Below, one piece after another: positions 27,339 through 32,000 of a stretch of DNA of 32,000 bases (the first letter of the stretch is position 1; each line of letters opens with the position of its first letter). The position numbers and the translations under genes were made by a program. Below the pieces are notes generated by a model. The model was not told where the DNA came from and did not search any database. It saw only the letters and a program-made list of their open reading frames with translations. Location of the stretch: contig NC_022359.1 in assembly GCF_000354175.2 (NCBI RefSeq), positions 1,320,001-1,352,000 on the forward strand. The letters run 5' to 3'. Source of the stretch: Vibrio alginolyticus NBRC 15630 = ATCC 17749 (lineage in GTDB: Bacteria > Pseudomonadota > Gammaproteobacteria > Enterobacterales > Vibrionaceae).

Positions 27339-28577
27339 ATGTCCTCATCGTCAATGACTTCATCAGGCTTCAGATTCTTATTCCCTTTTTTGCTACTGGG
27401 CATAGTGAGTTCGGGCATGGACAGCATTATTCAGATGACTCAGGCAAACTGGGGCATTGCCGCAAACTTGCCGTACATACTATTAGGTTGTGCGCTACTC
27501 CTTTGTTATTCATTTAAGCAAGGCAGAGAGTCCATGGTGTGCTTGGCAATGTTGCTAGCCTATTTTGTGATACAGCACCGCCTACAAGTCCCGCTTCAAA
27601 GTGGTACCGCTTTACTTGAGCTAACCATTTTAACCACGTTACTTCCTGTCTCGTTTCTTACGGTATTTTTGTTTAGTAAAGAAGGTTTTGACTCTAGAGC
27701 CATGTTGACTTACATCTTGATGTTAGCAATGTTCGTTCTTTGGTCTTATCTAACGCTAGCATATTACGTTGAAGGAGGGTTTGAACAATGGACAAGCGGT
27801 ATTTTATTTATTGTACCTACGGTCTCTAAACTGCCTTTAATTCTTGTTTTATATTGCGTGGGTATTGTCTGTTTTCTTGGAATCCTTGTTTTAAAGAAGA
27901 ATGAAATTATTCATGCGATGACCTACTCTGCCATGGTATTGGCGTCTGCGACGTTCATTTTCTTTGATGTGCAGTACATATCAAGCACCATGTTTACGCT
28001 AACAGGGCTGCTTATCATTATTTATGCCGCTTCCGCTAGCCATCAACTGGCTTTCACCGATAGCCTAACGCTGATTCCAAGCAGACGTGCACTTGATCTC
28101 GATCTAAAACACATGGGTAAGAAGTTCACGATCGCAATGCTTGATGTTGACCATTTTAAAAAGTTTAACGACACCTACGGTCACGATACTGGTGATGACG
28201 TTCTAAAAATGGTCGCTTCGCGCCTCACTAAAACCCCAGGCGGCGCAAAAGTTTATCGATTTGGCGGAGAAGAATTTACCATCGTTTTTAAAGGCAAATA
28301 CGCTGACGAATGTAAGAACTTTTTGGAAGAAGCTCGCAAATCGATTGCAGAATACGAGATGATATTACGCGATGAAGAATCTCGCCCTGAGAACCATAAA
28401 CAAGGACAAAAACGTCGTGGTAGCAACAGTTCGAAAAGAAAGTCGGTTTTTGTTACCGCAAGTTTCGGAGTTGCTGATAGCCGGAATGGGCAAGCTCCTC
28501 TGGACGTTATTAAATCAGCGGACGAAGCACTTTACAAAGCGAAAAAGGCCGGACGTAACTGCATAAAGCTTCGTTAG
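27339..28577 (+). CDS. Membrane-bound diguanylate cyclase (multi-TM sensor plus GGDEF)
   Basis: The N-terminal ~230 aa are a series of hydrophobic, TM-like segments. The GGDEF domain follows (DSLTLIPSRRALD...DVDHFKKFNDTYGHDTGD...RFGGEEF). Confidence 0.85.
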   Translation: MSSSSMTSSGFRFLFPFLLLGIVSSGMDSIIQMTQANWGIAANLPYILLGCALLLCYSFKQGRESMVCLAMLLAYFVIQHRLQVPLQSGTALLELTILTTLLPVSFLTVFLFSKEGFDSRAMLTYILMLAMFVLWSYLTLAYYVEGGFEQWTSGILFIVPTVSKLPLILVLYCVGIVCFLGILVLKKNEIIHAMTYSAMVLASATFIFFDVQYISSTMFTLTGLLIIIYAASASHQLAFTDSLTLIPSRRALDLDLKHMGKKFTIAMLDVDHFKKFNDTYGHDTGDDVLKMVASRLTKTPGGAKVYRFGGEEFTIVFKGKYADECKNFLEEARKSIAEYEMILRDEESRPENHKQGQKRRGSNSSKRKSVFVTASFGVADSRNGQAPLDVIKSADEALYKAKKAGRNCIKLR

Positions 28578-28826
28578 ACCCTCACCAATCGTGAAAGTTA
28601 ACAAGCTTGTCTGGGTTTAAAACAAAACCGAACTTCCCCATCAGCATAATAACTGCACTCATCGTTGCCACTATCCCGATGTTATCTATCTAATCAAAGG
28701 TATAAGGTATACGCCCGATTGCGACATTCCGTTCGCACTGTTTGCCTATCTTACTTTGAGTTAACTTTAAAAGAATTACCAAAACGTGACAACGCAACAA
28801 AAAAGTGGCATTCATAAGACTTTGTT

Positions 28827-29798
28827 TTAAAAAGAATTAACTACAGTATGTGTGTTTCTTCCCAAAGATTTTGATGTATATAGTGCTTTATCAACGGTTG
28901 CATACAAGTCTGATTGCACTTCTTTCCCTGTTGGTTGAAAAACAAAAACACCCTGTGACACTGTCACTCTATTTGACACACTAGAATACTCATGTGGGTA
29001 ATCGAGAAAATACATAGCCTCTTGTATACGCTCGGCTTCTCTTTCTGCTGTTTGAGTGTCGGTACACCCTAGCAACACAACAAACTCTTCTCCACCATAT
29101 CGACCTACATATTCCCCAGAGCGACAAAACGTCGCCTTTAGTTGATTCGCAATCGCTTGCAAGCAACGGTCGCCTTCAATATGACCGTAATTATCATTAA
29201 ACGGTTTAAAAAAATCGACGTCCAATAGAATCAAAGCCATTGGCATATTGTGACGGCCATGCCATGCAACCATCGATTCCAACTTATGGTCGATATAACG
29301 GCGGTTATAGAGTTTGGTTAGGCCATCTTCATTCGCTTGCTGAGTCAAAAGTTGATTAACTTGCTCCAATTGAGCTGTCGCTTGCTTAAGCTCTCGTCTC
29401 ATATGAGCAATACGCTGCATTGCGATAAGTTTAGAGTTCAGTACCAGTTTATCTACCGGCTTAATTAAATAGTCATCACCGCCCGCGTCTATGGCTTTAG
29501 CAATCATTTCTGGCTCTTCGTGACTACTCAAGAAAATAATAGGGATCCAATCCGGAAACGTTTCTCTTATATGAAGAGAGACTTCAAAACCGTTCATATC
29601 TGGCATTGATATATCGAGTAACACCAGTTCCGGATCAAAACTCTCGTAGGTATTTAACGCCTCTAGTCCACTACCTACGGCTTTTACAATATGTCCAAGT
29701 TGCTTTAGACGAATAGCCAACTGCATCCTGTCTAGCTGAACATCGTCAACCAGAAGGATTCGCATCGATGTCCCTGTCGGTTGCATAACGCGTTCCAT
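28827..29798 (-). CDS. Response-regulator diguanylate cyclase (REC plus GGDEF)
   Basis: The receiver domain reads MRILLVDD...LVLLDISMPDMNG...KP. A coiled linker leads to the GGDEF domain (DGLTKLYNRRY...DVDFFKPFNDNYGHIEGD...RYGGEEF). ATG 29765 (MRILLVDD) is a plausible alternative start. Confidence 0.85.
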   Translation of the reverse strand: MERVMQPTGTSMRILLVDDVQLDRMQLAIRLKQLGHIVKAVGSGLEALNTYESFDPELVLLDISMPDMNGFEVSLHIRETFPDWIPIIFLSSHEEPEMIAKAIDAGGDDYLIKPVDKLVLNSKLIAMQRIAHMRRELKQATAQLEQVNQLLTQQANEDGLTKLYNRRYIDHKLESMVAWHGRHNMPMALILLDVDFFKPFNDNYGHIEGDRCLQAIANQLKATFCRSGEYVGRYGGEEFVVLLGCTDTQTAEREAERIQEAMYFLDYPHEYSSVSNRVTVSQGVFVFQPTGKEVQSDLYATVDKALYTSKSLGRNTHTVVNSF

Positions 29799-30059
29799 TT
29801 TTAATTATGTCTTTATTAAACATATACCATACTCATAGAGTTGTTGCATTCGACTCATAATTAAGTGCTATATTTTTGTTTGAATATCACGGAATCCATT
29901 GCATAAAGCAGTTAGACTGGACGTTACCCTATCTAATCATGTCCTGTGAGCAGAAGTTCAACAAACTCATTCACTTTGGTCATCTTGTGGATTAATGGGT
30001 ATAGCTATTTGATGCATTTGGTATTAATATTCCCGCCTTTTTGTAATGAGAGACACACC

Positions 30060-30497
30060 ATGTCAGAAGCAACTAACAGCGAAAGCAAAAAAATCGATCT
30101 AGCCAGCATTTCTCCAGAGCTACGTAAAGTTATCGAATTTGACGAAGTTCCAGAGCAAATGTTCGAAATGGTTACCTCTATCCATGAAGTGTCTGAAGAA
30201 GCGGTACGTGAATCATGGGACGAAATGCCAGCAAGTGCACAGAACATTCTAGACAACTTTGAACAGTTTCATGCTCTAGTTTCTGTAGGCCAAGCATTCG
30301 CTGGTATTAATGTGATGGAAGAGTTTCCGACTCTTAATCTGCCAGAAAACATGACAGATGAAGATAAAGAAGAATACCGTGCTCAACTACTTGATAATGT
30401 GCTTCACAACTGTGTGAAAGACATGGTTAAGCAACTTAAGAAAGCACGTCGTGACCCACTTCTTAAGCGTGAATTCAAAGAAGTATTCGCGAAGTAA
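30060..30497 (+). CDS. Acidic conserved hypothetical protein (145 aa)
   Basis: I set the start at ATG 30060 (MSEATNSESKK). The track's 29946 start adds an implausible hydrophobic leader. A strong terminator follows the gene. Confidence 0.55.
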   Translation: MSEATNSESKKIDLASISPELRKVIEFDEVPEQMFEMVTSIHEVSEEAVRESWDEMPASAQNILDNFEQFHALVSVGQAFAGINVMEEFPTLNLPENMTDEDKEEYRAQLLDNVLHNCVKDMVKQLKKARRDPLLKREFKEVFAK

Positions 30498-30518
30498 TTC
30501 CGACATTCTTCTAGTAAC

Positions 30519-30546
30519 AAAGGCCGCACTTTGCGGCCTTTTTTGA
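30519..30546. terminator. Bidirectional-looking terminator between convergent genes
   Basis: AAGGCCGCA-ctt-TGCGGCCTT followed by TTTTT on the plus strand. Confidence 0.75.
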
Positions 30547-30573
30547 TCATGAAGCGTAAATCAGTCTAAACGG

Positions 30574-31680
30574 TTAATGAGGCGCTAGTGCCATATCTTT
30601 TTGTGTCACACTGACACCTTTAATTTGTGCAAAAACACGGCTACCAACTTTTAGGTTGAGATCATCAAGGGCCCACGGTGTGATCGTTGCCCACAAATAA
30701 CATTTCTCGTCTAGCTTGAGTGATACATTAATACTCTGCTTGTCATCGGCTGCGTTAAACGCCTCAATGGAATCGACAATAGCAGGCAAAATATTTCGAA
30801 TCGACGTCGCCTTGGGTTGCTCGAGCGTGATAGAAACGTCGTTGGCACGCACTTGCAAGCGTATTGGCGTGTCTGGTGTTCCGTCAATCTTTTGCACCCA
30901 CAGGAATACATTAGGTGCAAGGCTGATACAAGTCAGTGCATAACGTTCATGATGTTCAGCAATCCGGCCTTCAAATAAGCTGCTTTGATCTGAGAAAGAT
31001 TGCCATGGACGCATAGCATGAGAAGCCCACACTTCCTCAAGCTTACCTGAACTCGAAATTTTACCTTGGTCAATAATTGCAAGGTGCTGAGCAAGCCTTA
31101 AAATTTCCTGGAGACTGTGTGTGACATAGATAATAGGGATATTTACCTTCTCCGACAACTCCTCGAGAAAAGGCATTACCTCACGCTTTCTTGGCATATC
31201 GAGTGAGGCAAGTGGCTCATCCATCAAAAGCAAATTGGGTTTAGATAGCAATGCGCGCGCAATCGCAACACGTTGCTTTTCACCACCAGAAAGTGACACC
31301 GGAAAGCGCTTTAGTAACGGTTTGATAGACAAGAGTTCGGTGACTGCATCAAAATACTCGTCATCTTTTTCTTTAACGCCATATAACAAATTGCCTTGAA
31401 CCGAATAGTGAGGAAACAAACGTGAATCCTGAAACACATAACCAATACCACGCTTGTGCGTTGGTAGGTTGATTCCCTGTTCACTGTCAAACAAAACATG
31501 CTCACCAACCGCAACATACCCTTGCCTTGGAGTTACCAATCCGCTGATGATGTTAATCAACGTCGTTTTACCAGCACCAGATCGTCCAAACAAGGCACTA
31601 ATTCCGTTACAGGGTAACTTAAGTTTAATGTCGAAGTCAGTCTCACCAAGCATTTGTTTAAATTGGACTTTAATCGTCAT
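30574..31680 (-). CDS. modC: Molybdate ABC transporter ATP-binding protein
   Basis: Walker A is GRSGAGKTT, the signature is [15 protein letters not shown] and Walker B is [10 protein letters not shown]-terminal TOBE/Mop-like domain follows. The gene overlaps modB by 4 nt. Confidence 0.85.
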   Translation of the reverse strand: MTIKVQFKQMLGETDFDIKLKLPCNGISALFGRSGAGKTTLINIISGLVTPRQGYVAVGEHVLFDSEQGINLPTHKRGIGYVFQDSRLFPHYSVQGNLLYGVKEKDDEYFDAVTELLSIKPLLKRFPVSLSGGEKQRVAIARALLSKPNLLLMDEPLASLDMPRKREVMPFLEELSEKVNIPIIYVTHSLQEILRLAQHLAIIDQGKISSSGKLEEVWASHAMRPWQSFSDQSSLFEGRIAEHHERYALTCISLAPNVFLWVQKIDGTPDTPIRLQVRANDVSITLEQPKATSIRNILPAIVDSIEAFNAADDKQSINVSLKLDEKCYLWATITPWALDDLNLKVGSRVFAQIKGVSVTQKDMALAPH

Positions 31681-32000
31681 TGCTTCGCACCCAATCTGCT
31701 TGCCGCTTTACGATTTAGCCATTCAGAGATCATTAATGTAGACAAGGCTAACGCGATAGAAATGATACACAGACGAGCCGCCTGCATTTCTGCACCTGGC
31801 GTTTCAATAAAGTTGTACATTGCCAGCGGAATCGTTTGGGTCTCACCCGGAATGTTAGAGACGAAACTGATCGTCGCCCCGAATTCGCCAAGACTACGAG
31901 CAAATGACAGCATCGTGCCCGTAATAATTCCGGGAATGGTCAGTGGTAACGTGACGGTGAGAAACACTTTTAAAGGAGAAGCGCCTAACGTAGAGGCTGC
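31677..32000 (-). CDS. modB: Molybdate ABC transporter permease, C-terminal part (5' end lies outside the window)
   Basis: The frame is open to the window edge ([20 protein letters not shown]...). [26 protein letters not shown] matches the ModB permease motif region. Confidence 0.85.
   Translation of the reverse strand, partial: AASTLGASPLKVFLTVTLPLTIPGIITGTMLSFARSLGEFGATISFVSNIPGETQTIPLAMYNFIETPGAEMQAARLCIISIALALSTLMISEWLNRKAASRLGAKQ

Noticed and set aside
1-32000. Scan for CRISPR arrays, tRNA/rRNA genes, integron attC/VCR repeats and IS elements
   Set aside because: Reading by eye, I saw no regularly spaced direct repeats, no cloverleaf-capable conserved tRNA motifs, no transposase-like ORFs and no terminal inverted repeats. 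A computational scan (tRNAscan-SE, Infernal, ISfinder) would be needed to exclude them formally.

Overview
The window looks like a Vibrio chromosome-2-type region next to the replication terminus. This is inferred from gene content and order, which could not be searched here. Ordinary core genes lie on the left: a LysR fragment, patZ/yfiQ-like lysine acetyltransferase, a SPOR lipoprotein, ddl and yciH. More core genes lie on the right: uspA, a vxrABCDE/vbrKR-like envelope-stress operon, pntAB, a ComFB-like gene, two GGDEF diguanylate cyclases and modCB. Between them sits an ~8.6 kb filamentous (inovirus) prophage of the Vf12/Vf33/f237/VGJ type at 6208-14868. A perfect 28-bp dif site bounds it on the left and a same-orientation dif-like site bounds it on the right, so it is an IMEX that uses XerCD. 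The prophage has the canonical module of Rep, ssDNA-binding protein, major coat, pIII-like, pVI-like and Zot/pI-like proteins. Three features merit follow-up. (1) An AT-rich cargo gene for a soluble KAP-family P-loop NTPase occupies the variable region. (2) A DnaQ-like DEDDh exonuclease is the first gene of the rep operon. (3) A regulator ORF has its last codons and stop codon encoded by dif itself. Right of the prophage is a very AT-rich accessory block (14.9-17.2 kb) and an 0.8 kb ORF-free gap. I found no tRNA, rRNA or CRISPR array. All homology statements come from reading the translations, not from database searches.
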